This document shows positions 33,168-42,026 of a stretch of 64,000 bases of DNA, piece after piece. The notes beneath the pieces were generated by a model. It was not told where the DNA came from. It did not search any database and saw only the letters and a list, made by a program, of their open reading frames with translations. The first letter of the stretch is position 1; every line of letters starts with the position of its first letter. The position numbers were made by a program, and so were the translations under genes. The stretch is from an uncultured Methanosarcinales archaeon (GTDB lineage Archaea > Halobacteriota > Methanosarcinia > Methanotrichales > Methanotrichaceae): the NCBI GenBank assembly GCA_963843555.1, contig CAWJKV010000006.1, positions 32,001-96,000 on the forward strand, in the 5' to 3' direction.

Positions 33168-34038
33168 ATGTTCTCCGGCTGGGATGAGTACCACCTGATC
33201 AACAGGGAGCTTGCCGAACTGGCGAAGAGCTTGCCCGATTCCCCTTTGGGAGAGATAATCAGCTATGTGCTCTCGGCTCCCGGAAAGAGGGTACGGCCCC
33301 TTATTTTGATCTTCTCTGCCCAGGCTTTGGGTGGATCAGCATCCCAGGCCGTGAATGCGGCTCTAGCCATTGAGCTAGCTCATGCTGCATCCCTGGTGCA
33401 TGACGATATTCTGGACTATGGCATAGAGAGAAGGGGCTCGCCGAGTGCCTTGCAGCGCTTCGGGCCCGAGGCCTCCCTCCTGGCGGGCGACTATCTCATC
33501 TCCCGATCGATCGAGCTGGTTTCGCACTATAGTCAGCCAGTAATCAGCGCTTTTGCCAGGGCCTGCATGGACATGTCCGAAGGAGAACTGATGGACCTGT
33601 CCAGTGCCGTCTCTTCAAATGATTATTACCGGTGTATCTCCAAAAAAACTGCCTCGCTCTTTTCGGCTTCCGCCAAGATGGGAGGCCTCATAGCCGGGGC
33701 ATCTGAGGAGGATGCGGCCAGGTTTGAGTGCTACGGAATGCACCTCGGTCTGGGCTATCAAGTTCTCGATGACCTGGAGGAGTTTCTGGGGCTGGATCAG
33801 GGAAAGTCATCCCAAAAGACCTCATTCACTCTTCCACAGAATTTATTCCAGCCAGTACGGGGAAGCTGCTGCAGGGCAGATGTGCATAAAGGTCATCGAA
33901 GACCATAATAGCTGGGCTAAAAGAGCCCTGTTGGAGTCTTCCGGCAGAGAGGATATCAAATCCCGTCTGGAGAGCATCGTTGACGATATGACCTGCCGGG
34001 GATTGCAAAGATGCAGATTGCAGAAAAGCCTCTGCTGA
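33168..34038 (+). CDS. Polyprenyl diphosphate synthase (trans-prenyltransferase); frameshift near 33840
   Basis: GKRVRP, HAASLVHDDILD...RRG, KKTASLF, GLGYQVLDD. Confidence 0.88.
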
Positions 34039-35163
34039 AGATTGAGGCCTCTGCAGATGGCTCCGGCATCCAGCTAACTCGCCCGCGGCCCTGCTGCACC
34101 GCTGGCAAAGCCGGTCATGGACCGGATCAATAAGATCTTCAATGATGAGAAGCCCATCAGCTCCGGCCCTGACAAATTCATCTTCTCGACCTGGGTTCCG
34201 CCTGCACCAAGCCTTGCTTTCGACCGCATGCTCTCCGCTCAGGTAGGGGCGATGATCCATAGGCCCGTTCCAGACCAATTTTCTATAGCCGTCATGAAGG
34301 CCTGCCCCAATGATTGCATCCACTGCAGCGCGCCATCCCGCCAGGGAGAGATACTGGAGAGCGAGACCGTCAAGAATGCAATCTCCCAGGCTCTGGATAT
34401 GGGATCGTACCTGATAACCTTCGACGGGGGCGAGCCCATGCTGCGCCGGGACCTGCCGGACCTGGTCACGTCTGTGGACGAGCGGGCCGTGGCCACCGCT
34501 TTCACGAGCGGCTACCATCTCACGCCGGAGCTGGCAAAGCAGCTGAAAGAGGCCGGGCTTTATGCTGTGCGCATCAGCATCGACAGCCCCTTCGAGAAGG
34601 AGCATGACCGGGTGCGTGGCCGCTCTGGGCGCCTTCCAGGATGCCCTCATCCGGCGTTCGGAATGCGCTGGACGCCGGTCTCTTGGTGGACCTCTTCATG
34701 GTGACCTCTCCGCACAACATCGACCATCTGGAGGAGGCGTTCGTCTGGCTGCCGACTTAGGCGCGCATGAGCTTTCCTTTTACGAGATCGTGGCGGTGGG
34801 ACGCTGGGCTGCCCATGAGGACGAGGTGCTGGACGTAGACGATGTGGCAGGCTGGAGCGCTTCCATAAGGAGAAGAATAGAACGAGCGGAGCCGGAGGAC
34901 CCCAGGGTCACAGCTCTCCCCTACTTGCTCGAGCCCGAAGATGTTCGGGTGCTTCGCAGGACGGCGGTGGATTCACGTGGACGGCTCGGGCGAGGCCCTG
35001 CCCTGCGCCTACATGCCCCTGACCTTCGGGAACATCAAAGAAAAGAGTCTGAAGGAGATCTGGAAGGAGATGACGCACATATGGGTGGTTCAAGGGGAGA
35101 TGCTCCTGCCAGATGAGGGACCCGAAGTTCAGAGAAGCGCATAAGGGGATTCTGGGGAAATAA
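34011..35163 (+). CDS. Radical SAM/SPASM-domain protein; several frameshifts
   Basis: CPNDCIHC, FDGGEPMLR, ISID; C-terminal GCFAGRRWIHVDGSGEALPCAY...GNIKEKSLKEIW; start overlaps the prenyltransferase end. Confidence 0.82.
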
Positions 35164-35172
35164 TTCGAGCAA

Positions 35173-35424
35173 ATGAAACTTAACATTGTCATAGAGAAAG
35201 ATGATGAAGGCAGATATGCAGCCGAGTGTCCCGACCTTCCAGGTTGCCTTTCAGAAGGAGAGACCCTGGAAGATGCTCTGGAAAACGTTTTCGAGGCAAT
35301 AATCGGGTGCCTGAAATCCAGGCTCAAAGAACGCAGCAAGCGGCTTAAGATAACTTCATTCGATCGCAGGTTGGACATATTGCTGGATCTGCAAGGCAAC
35401 TCATATGTGCAAGTTTCTATGTAG
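35173..35424 (+). CDS. HicB-family antitoxin (no adjacent hicA seen)
   Basis: DDEGRYAAECPDLPGCLSEGETLEDALENVFEAI. Confidence 0.88.
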   Translation: MKLNIVIEKDDEGRYAAECPDLPGCLSEGETLEDALENVFEAIIGCLKSRLKERSKRLKITSFDRRLDILLDLQGNSYVQVSM

Positions 35425-35609
35425 CATTTCGGCCAAGGCTTGCTGAAGGTCTCTCCAGGCCTCTTGGGGTCGGGCAGCTCATGCCCATACCGGCTCAGTG
35501 ACAGCGAGACGCTTGGTGGCAAGTATGGCTATATTGTTAAGATTGGAAAACAGATATAGCTTTTGCAGTTGCAGGAATGGCTTTAAGTCTCGAACATTCT
35601 TTTGGGATG

Positions 35610-35677
35610 CCGCGAGTCGGCCTGCGGGCCTCCCGCGCTATGGTGGTGCGCCCTCAACGCCGGGCAGGCTTGGATAC
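35610..35677 (+). repeat. GC-rich dispersed repeat (family B)
   Basis: Shares 35 nt with 30975 and its 3' part with the inverted copy at 23261. Confidence 0.8.
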
Positions 35678-35822
35678 ACTTCCGGGAACGGTTGATAGAT
35701 TGAATTATTGCGCTCGAAGCAGCCGGTGTTTCTTGCTTGAGATCCTCGACCATTGGCCGGAAGGAAGAAATTAAAAAGAATTAAATGGAATGGCAGAATA
35801 CAATTGGATAAAAGGAAGAACA

Positions 35823-36083
35823 ATGTCTGAAGCCATTCGCCTGAAGAGTGTCGGACGCAATTTGGAGAAGCTCCTCGAAGGGCTATCTCTTGGAGAATCC
35901 ATTACCTTGATAGGACCGGAAGGATGCCCTGTAGCCCTGCTTGTATCGCTCAATCCAGGAAATATCGTGAAAAAGCCAGATGTCGATTGGGATTCCAGGA
36001 TGGATGACCTGGCCCGAAAGGTGAGCCGTGCCTGGAAGGGTGAACGAAGCGCTGTGGATGTCCTCTCGGAGATGCGAAGGTGA
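35823..36083 (+). CDS. Putative antitoxin (Phd/YefM-like N-terminus)
   Basis: NLEKLLE...GESITLI...PVALLV; GTGA overlap with the downstream PIN gene. Confidence 0.65.
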   Translation: MSEAIRLKSVGRNLEKLLEGLSLGESITLIGPEGCPVALLVSLNPGNIVKKPDVDWDSRMDDLARKVSRAWKGERSAVDVLSEMRR

Positions 36084-36512
36084 AGTGCACTATCGACGCC
36101 AGCGTCTTTGTCGCTTCTGCACGGTACGATGAGCCTCGCTATCTCATAAGCCGAGAGTTCTTGCGAGAGGCACAAGCTTATGAGATCTATTGTCCCTCAC
36201 TCGTCCTGGCAGAATGCGCTGCGGCTATTGCCAGGCAGACTGATGATCCGTCGCTGGCTGAAGAGCTTGTTTGCATAATTAAAGATTTTCCCGGCATCAA
36301 TCTCATATCTCTTGATCTCCCGTTAGCCCGAAAGGCTTCAAAGATTGCACCTAAGGAATCGATTGAGAGGTGCTGACGCGGTTTATGCTGCCGTTGCGGT
36401 AGTTTTTGATGCAATACTGATCTCTTGGGATCAGGAGATGCTGAAGCGCTGTCCTCAGACAGTGAAGACAATCTCGCCAGACCAATGGCGCCAATCACAT
36501 CAGCCTAGCTGA
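36080..36512 (+). CDS. PIN-domain toxin (VapC-like); frameshift near 36355
   Basis: TIDASVFV...LAECAAAIAR; after the shift, LRGADAVYAAVA...LISWDQEM. Confidence 0.82.
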
Positions 36513-36552
36513 AAAATTCTGTCTTATTATTATGAGGTGGTCCAAGGAGGCA

Positions 36553-36675
36553 ATGGGCAATCTCCAACCATATTACGACTTCGATAAGCTGATCGCCACA
36601 ATCGCCATGACCAACAGCGCGGCAGTAGTGACAAGGGATGAGCATTTCCGGAATTATCCCCCGAAGAGGGGTTAG
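36553..36675 (+). pseudogene. C-terminal fragment of another PIN toxin
   Basis: DFDKLIATIAMTNSAAVVTRDEHF. Confidence 0.6.
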
Positions 36676-36689
36676 GGGGCCTGCACGGC

Positions 36690-36916
36690 CTGATGGCCAT
36701 AGAGCTGAAGCCGCGAGCAACGATTTTGCCTACAATGGCCAGAGGGAGCTCTATTTGCGCTGGCTGGACAGTATGAGCGCCGGCCGGGAGAGAGCCAACC
36801 ATCGGCCAGATATTATGTGGCGAGAATAACCGGGAGCAAGTAGAGCTGTTGAGCTCGACCGGGGCGAGATCTGGGAGGAGATCGACGACAGCATGCCCCG
36901 CGTCTACTTCCTGTAA
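36690..36916 (+). pseudogene. Remnant of YhcG/DUF1016 PD-(D/E)xK nuclease C-terminus
   Basis: Across frames: AIELK...AYNGQRELYLRWLD...IGQILCGENNREQVELL. Confidence 0.62.
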
Positions 36917-37382
36917 ACGGATTGTTTTCAGTCTATAAACAAAAAGTCAATAGCACGCAAACATAATGCCACGCATGCTCACAGAGTTATTCAAGACTGA
37001 GGAGCGAGCCAGGGCCCTGCGCTAATGTGATGTTTCGCAGTGCCTTCAGCGTGGCCGAGGTCTCAAGGCCGTAGGCGTCACCTGGGCTCGTTTCTCGCTA
37101 TTTTCGCTTCCGGGAAATGCACAGCCTGCCTCCTGATAGCATGTTTAGAGAAGATGCAGAAGGATTCGAGCCAGCAGGCTGACAGCGAAGTCAATCTGCC
37201 GGTGCTGACGCCCGAAAAGTTTGGCGAGAGATCTCGCTTTGCGGCCCCAATCAATTATCAGATCGCAGGAAGGGATATGACGATAGTGCTTGGGCTGTCT
37301 GTTGTAAAACGCTTTCTTCTTCCAACTCTGCGACGGCGAACGCGTGGTGATATATCATGCACAAAACAGCCTCATTGATAAC

Positions 37383-37778
37383 TCATTTCCAGAATTGCCA
37401 CCAATGCTTAAGGCTATCAGCCATCACATATACGGAGCAGCGACCACCCAAACTTTTGTTCCACCACTGACAGTATCTCTCCAGACATACCAATCGTGTT
37501 AGCGGGCAAATCTTTTCAGACATCTTATAACTTCCAACGTTTGGTTGTTGCTTGTATCGCTGCACGGCAGCTACTTCTGGAGAGACTACTGTAATCTCCG
37601 AGGCTTTCTTGGCTTCGGCAAGAGCGCTTTCATCAATCAACGGCTGGTGGCCAGCGGCTGGTGCATTGTCACTGGTTTCTGGCATCTGGTTGCTGGTAGC
37701 TGGCGGCTTGTCGCTGGTGGCTGGCGACAATCCTTCAAAAATCGCGGCTCTGCCTTTGCCGATTGCTTCTTTAGTCAT
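37383..37778 (-). CDS. ParA partner protein: ParB-like N-terminal peptide, repeat linker and Cys-rich C-terminus
   Basis: MTKEAIGKGRAAIFEGL; PATSDKP-type repeats; CPLTRLVCLERYCQWW...GRCSV; overlaps the parA stop. Confidence 0.75.
   Translation of the reverse strand: MTKEAIGKGRAAIFEGLSPATSDKPPATSNQMPETSDNAPAAGHQPLIDESALAEAKKASEITVVSPEVAAVQRYKQQPNVGSYKMSEKICPLTRLVCLERYCQWWNKSLGGRCSVYVMADSLKHWWQFWK
37641..37724. repeat. Array of 12 tandem 7-bp units (NNNCTGG / CCAGNNN)
   Basis: cggctgg tggccag cggctgg tgcattg tcactgg tttctgg catctgg ttgctgg tagctgg cggcttg tcgctgg tggctgg. Confidence 0.85.
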
Positions 37779-38532
37779 TCAGAAATTCCTCCGTGAACTG
37801 TTGGTATGCCCTGGCTCCAAGAGAAAAAGGAGCATAAAGGACGACAGGCTTGCCGAAACTTGGCGCTTCGGCAACACTTATGTTACGTGGGATTGTGGTC
37901 TTGAATACTTGTTCTTTGAATTGCTCATGCATCATGTTAATAGCCTCGCGGCTATGATTGGTTCTAACAACCATAGTAATTAAGAAATGTATCTGCGGGC
38001 GGTGGCCCATGTACTTTTCAACATCATTCATTGTCTGTATCAGATCCGCTGTGCCTTCAAGTGAGCTGTACTCCGCTTGCATAGGCACAATGACCTCACT
38101 GCAGGCCAACAATCCGTTTAAAGTGAGTACGTTCATGCCCGGCTCGCAGTCGATTATTACAAAATCGTAAGGCTGGTGGCTGGAGGCTGGCAGCTGGTCT
38201 AATAGCCTCTTTAGAATAGATCCGCGGGCATTCTTTCCAACCAGCTCTTCTTTTGCGCCGTCCAGCTCGATGTTTGCAGGAATGATATCCACATTATCGA
38301 TAGGGGTGGAGCAGATTATCTCGGAAAGAGGTTTCTCATGCACTAGAGCGTCGTAGATTGTGCTTTTCAATTGCCGTTTATCCAATCCAATTTGGACGGT
38401 AGCTCCTCCTTGAGGATCCAAGTCAACGATTAGTATCCGAAATCCTTTCTGAGCAAGGCAGACCGCCAGGTTGTCAACGGTCGTGGTCTTGGCGGTCCCT
38501 CCTTTACGGTTGATTACCGCGATTATCCTCAT
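37771..38532 (-). CDS. parA: ParA/Soj family ATPase
   Basis: Deviant Walker A NRKGGTAKTT, VDLDPQG, FVIIDCEP, IPRNISVAEAPSFG. Confidence 0.93.
   Translation of the reverse strand: MRIIAVINRKGGTAKTTTVDNLAVCLAQKGFRILIVDLDPQGGATVQIGLDKRQLKSTIYDALVHEKPLSEIICSTPIDNVDIIPANIELDGAKEELVGKNARGSILKRLLDQLPASSHQPYDFVIIDCEPGMNVLTLNGLLACSEVIVPMQAEYSSLEGTADLIQTMNDVEKYMGHRPQIHFLITMVVRTNHSREAINMMHEQFKEQVFKTTIPRNISVAEAPSFGKPVVLYAPFSLGARAYQQFTEEFLND
38170..38197. repeat. Four tandem 7-bp units inside parA
   Basis: aggctgg tggctgg aggctgg cagctgg. Confidence 0.8.
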
Positions 38533-38554
38533 TCAGTGTATATAACATCTCAAT

Positions 38555-38590
38555 GATTTAAGAGGCTTTTTGCTGGCATCTGGTAACTGG
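38555..38590 (-). promoter_or_regulatory. parA promoter (BRE/TATA) abutted by three 7-bp units
   Basis: Minus strand reads ccagtta ccagatg ccagcaa aaagcctCTTAAAT, with the TATA-like box about 25-30 nt before the ATG. Confidence 0.6.
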
Positions 38591-39014
38591 TCACATATGA
38601 AGAGCAGAAGACTGAAAATCCATGCAGAGTACTCTTCTGAACTTGCCAAGCAAGGTACCATGATCGCCTGGCAGCGAGTCCGAAGAATATTCCATTCATA
38701 ACCAGAAAGATGTCCAGGGAAGTCCCTCAGAGCCATGTGACCGAGCATAAGCCTCCAGGGCTGCAGAAAAGATGCCGATCCAGTTGAAATACCGGTCGAC
38801 ACCGAAACAGAAGATCCCAAGAATTACCAATAACCTAAATTGCAGGGCGCCCTGCATCCCATGGCAGAAGGCATCGGGAAGCTGGAGGAGATTATCGAAT
38901 GCAAGTGCCTATCGCAGATAGGATCTCGGAAATGGCGAATGAGAACCGTGAGAGGCTGCATCGGAAACTAGACTCATCTAAAATAGCCCATGACAGTGGA
39001 TCTGTGGTGGACAC

Positions 39015-39200
39015 ATGACTGAGCAAAATCGCAAGTATGTAACGAAAGAGATCGGCAAGCTCCTCTCGGATATCTGGCGGATCAAAGGTCTGGCGGAGCA
39101 AGAATACGGCCCACATCACCCCATCACAAAAAAGCTCGCCAGCATGCATACCGATGCTCAGGAATTGCTGCAGGAAAAATCTGGAGCCCCTAATCGGTAG
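39015..39200 (+). CDS. Small hypothetical protein (61 aa)
   Basis: Helical, charged ORF with GGTGG upstream; no recognised domain. Confidence 0.55.
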   Translation: MTEQNRKYVTKEIGKLLSDIWRIKGLAEQEYGPHHPITKKLASMHTDAQELLQEKSGAPNR

Positions 39201-39326
39201 ATCTACAAAGTTGGCCCTCGTGGCTTCATCACATCCATCTGCGGCGTGATTCCGGCAGAATCTTCTTTCAACCGCAAACTACAAATATCTATAACGATTA
39301 TATAGATAGTTTGCCGCTTCATGCAA

Positions 39327-39790
39327 GGGGTGGCGGGCGTGTCGTGGGCTTAACCAGGCCGATAATGCTCTGTTGGCAAGGCTGATTTGATCGCTGTCCC
39401 TCCGGGGGGCGGCTTGCGGTCGCTTACAGATCAGATCGCTTCCTTGTTCCAGGAGATGCATGTCGTCGTGGCACTGCATTCGGGCTTGAGAGCCTGTGAG
39501 ACTGAAACTTCGGCAACAAAAAAAGTTGCGCACTGTAACAGGTGCAGTACTCTGTCGAAGGATCTCGCGCTAATACACGACCGGGGCATGTTGCGGCACA
39601 AAGCCAAGGCGAGAGGCGAGCGTGAGGCCCAGTGAGTTCGGGTTCCTAATTTGTGGACGCTGTGTTCGATTCCAGTGCGAATGCCGCCTGTTGGCATAAT
39701 GTCAAGCTCCGGGCAGGGCCAGGTCATCACTTCGGTGAGCGGCTCCTCTAAAAGGGCGCTGTGGATTTCGGCGCTGGCCCACCTGAGTAT
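39327..39790 (+). ncRNA. Candidate large structured non-coding RNA (unidentified)
   Basis: TTATATA box at 39298-39304, many G-U-containing helices, a cUUCGg hairpin, possible end-to-end pairing and a pyrimidine-rich tail; no convincing ORF. Confidence 0.5.
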
Positions 39791-39893
39791 CGCTTATGCT
39801 GTTCTCTGTCTTTCCCTTTGATGATGACGATTCTTGCTCTCGATTCTTCCCTAGTCGAAAACCTTAAATATAGACAATCGACGTATAGAATCT

Positions 39894-39960
39894 AGGCGAA
39901 AGTCGACGGCCTATTTTCTCCCTCCTTCATCCTGATGACTTTTGCCTCCCTCCTTCTTAT
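39894..39960 (+). ncRNA. Candidate small regulatory RNA with anti-SD motifs
   Basis: GAAAA-CCTTAAATA promoter upstream; stem AGGCGAAAGTC/GACTTTTGCCT; CTCCCTCCTTC in the loop and again at the 3' end. Confidence 0.5.
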
Positions 39961-40416
39961 CGATCCAACACTTCATGATGTTCATTGCATCCGATTTCAT
40001 CCTCAGATTCTCGAAAGAAAGGCTTAAAGGCCACCCCGTTCCTTCAAGAACTCCCGCCTTGGGTGCATTCACAATATGACTATGGCGGAGAATATGGGGA
40101 GTGACCCTTCCACCCGGGAGAGCTTCTGTTTCCTTGAGATCTCCTGAACCTCAGCCTCAGTGTTCTGTGAAAAGGCGGACAGCTCTCCTATCGAAAAAGA
40201 GCGACTTCTGGCCTGGCACACCTCTCGGCCTGGAAATGCCCGGGTCTTCAAGAATGGCCTTTTTCAATCCCTAGCTTCTTCCGAAAATCTGCGGCGATGC
40301 CTCGGCTCGCATGGCCCTTTTTGAAGCAGACTTCTGGATAAATGGTGAGCCACATGATTGATCAGGAAGTGATTTGAAAGACCATCGTTACCTCCTCTTG
40401 TTAACTGTAAGAAAAG

Positions 40417-40506
40417 CGTCCCGACCGGGATTCGAACCCGGGTTGAAGGCTTACTGCGCCAAAAGTGCTCCGCAGGCCTCCGGGATGTCCACTACCCCAT
40501 CGGGAC
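40417..40506 (-). tRNA. tRNA-Arg(GCG) with 18-nt intron at the canonical 37/38 position (40452-40469)
   Basis: Acceptor GTCCCGA/TCGGGAC, anticodon stem GAGGC/GCCTT, T-loop GTTCGAATC; the intron CGCA pairs with TGCG to form a bulge-helix-bulge. Confidence 0.93.
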
Positions 40507-40536
40507 AAAACATCCCTCATGGCATGCTTCAGGTTA

Positions 40537-41322
40537 TTAAGCTTGTTGGCTTGTCACTCTGGTCTGCGCTGTCCGGATGGCTCTCAGAAAGTCGATCTTT
40601 CGAAATTCCGGCCAGTAAGGCGCACAAAAGTACGCTGCGCATTCATTGCCGTTGGCCTGCCAGGGCAGGAAGTTGGAGGTGCGAAAATCCCCTGCCGTCC
40701 TGATGATCAGATCCACTTTGGGCACGGCAATGCCATCCTGAGGATAGAGATGCTGAGCAATCAGCTCCTCGTCCACCTCTCGGGCCTTGATCTTTCCCTG
40801 CTTAACCAGTCGCGCCAGCGCCCGCACGGTGTCTACAAGCTCGGGCTGGCCGCCATAGGCCAGGGCTATATTGAGATACATCTTCTCGTAGTCTCGCGTG
40901 GCTTCTTCAGTGCGAACAATCTCCTGTTGAAGGTCCTCGGGCAGCATCTCCACTCTGCCGATAGCTCTCACCCGTACTCTGCTGCCGTGAATCTTTTTGG
41001 AACGATTAAGATCTATGAACTTCCTCTTGATCAAATCAAAGAGATAACGCTTCTCTGCCTCTTCCCGGGCAAAGTTCTCCGTAGAAAAGGCATAGAGGGT
41101 GAGATGCTTGACGCCCACCTCCAGGCACCAGTCGGAGACCTTATCCGAGGTCTCGGCGCCAAGGCTGTGGCCGAGAAACTTGGAGAGGCCTCTTTGCATG
41201 GCATACCTGCGGTTTCCATCCTGAATTATGGCCACATGCTCCACAGGCTCTCCGGCAAGAATCTGGGCCATAAGACGCCTTTCATAAAAGGAATAGGCAG
41301 GGTTTCTGAAACTGAAACTCAT
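40537..41322 (-). CDS. uppS: cis-prenyltransferase (undecaprenyl diphosphate synthase family)
   Basis: HVAIIQDGNRR, YAFSTENF, AYGG and IIRTAGDFRTSNFLPWQ. Confidence 0.95.
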   Translation of the reverse strand: MSFSFRNPAYSFYERRLMAQILAGEPVEHVAIIQDGNRRYAMQRGLSKFLGHSLGAETSDKVSDWCLEVGVKHLTLYAFSTENFAREEAEKRYLFDLIKRKFIDLNRSKKIHGSRVRVRAIGRVEMLPEDLQQEIVRTEEATRDYEKMYLNIALAYGGQPELVDTVRALARLVKQGKIKAREVDEELIAQHLYPQDGIAVPKVDLIIRTAGDFRTSNFLPWQANGNECAAYFCAPYWPEFRKIDFLRAIRTAQTRVTSQQA

Positions 41323-41444
41323 TCATTTTATTAACTTCGCGAATTAGTATTTAAATAATTCCTCTCTGCCAGGCGGAAAATGGCCCGGAGATTTTCCTTC
41401 TAGGGCAAGATACTAATAGCTGATGACTTACTTCCTTACTCCGG

Positions 41445-41518
41445 GGGCCTGTGGTCTAGCTGGTTATGACATCGCCTTCACACGGCGGGGATCACGCGTT
41501 CGAATCGCGTCGGGCCCA
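41445..41518 (+). tRNA. tRNA-Val(CAC)
   Basis: Acceptor GGGCCTG/CGGGCCC, anticodon loop TTCACAC, T-loop GTTCGAATC. Confidence 0.95.
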
Positions 41519-41686
41519 CTCACATTATTGCTCGACACAAGCTTTAACTATTTAAGGGTCATTTTTAGCAGCGATGGTGCAGAAGGTTGCTTTGGTTATT
41601 CAGGGCAGAATGCATCTCTAGAGATGTCAGACGGCCCGATGATTCCAATAATCTTTAGGTCCATAATTATTATTTGAGGTGATAAG

Positions 41687-42010
41687 CTGTATAATAGAGG
41701 TCGTGGAAGGGAGGAAGAAGGGGCCGTAATAACAAGGGTCCGCCTCCCTCGCAAACAGGATAGAGAGATATTTGGTCATGTAGAAAGCTTGCTTGGCTCC
41801 AATCGCATAAAGGTCAGAGGCATAGACGGCGTAACCAGGATGGCCCGCATACCCGGCAAGATGAAGAAGAGAATATGGATCAGAGAGGGCGATGTGGTCA
41901 TAATTATACCCTGGGACTTCCAGAATGAGAAGGCAGATGTAGTCTGGAGATACACAGGTCCCCAGGTGGACTGGCTGCAGCGCAAAGGGTTCCTGAAAGG
42001 CACTTCATAA
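41687..42010 (+). CDS. eif1A: Translation initiation factor aIF-1A (apparent CTG start)
   Basis: RVRLPRK...GHVESLLGSNRIKV...ARIPGKMKKRIWIREGDVVIIIPW; the frame opens at CTG 41687 just after SD GAGGTGA. Confidence 0.92.
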   Translation: MYNRGRGREEEGAVITRVRLPRKQDREIFGHVESLLGSNRIKVRGIDGVTRMARIPGKMKKRIWIREGDVVIIIPWDFQNEKADVVWRYTGPQVDWLQRKGFLKGTS

Positions 42011-42026
42011 GCCGGGCATATAAAGC

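Noticed and set aside
39327..39790. RNase P, SRP RNA, tmRNA or group II intron identity
   Set aside because: No GAGGAAAGUCC core, no SRP helix 8 motif, no convincing tRNA-like domain with tag ORF, and no domain V found by eye.
37383..40417. Provirus or plasmid integrated at tRNA-Arg
   Set aside because: No integrase, replication or virion genes and no duplicated tRNA 3' end seen; a decayed element cannot be excluded.
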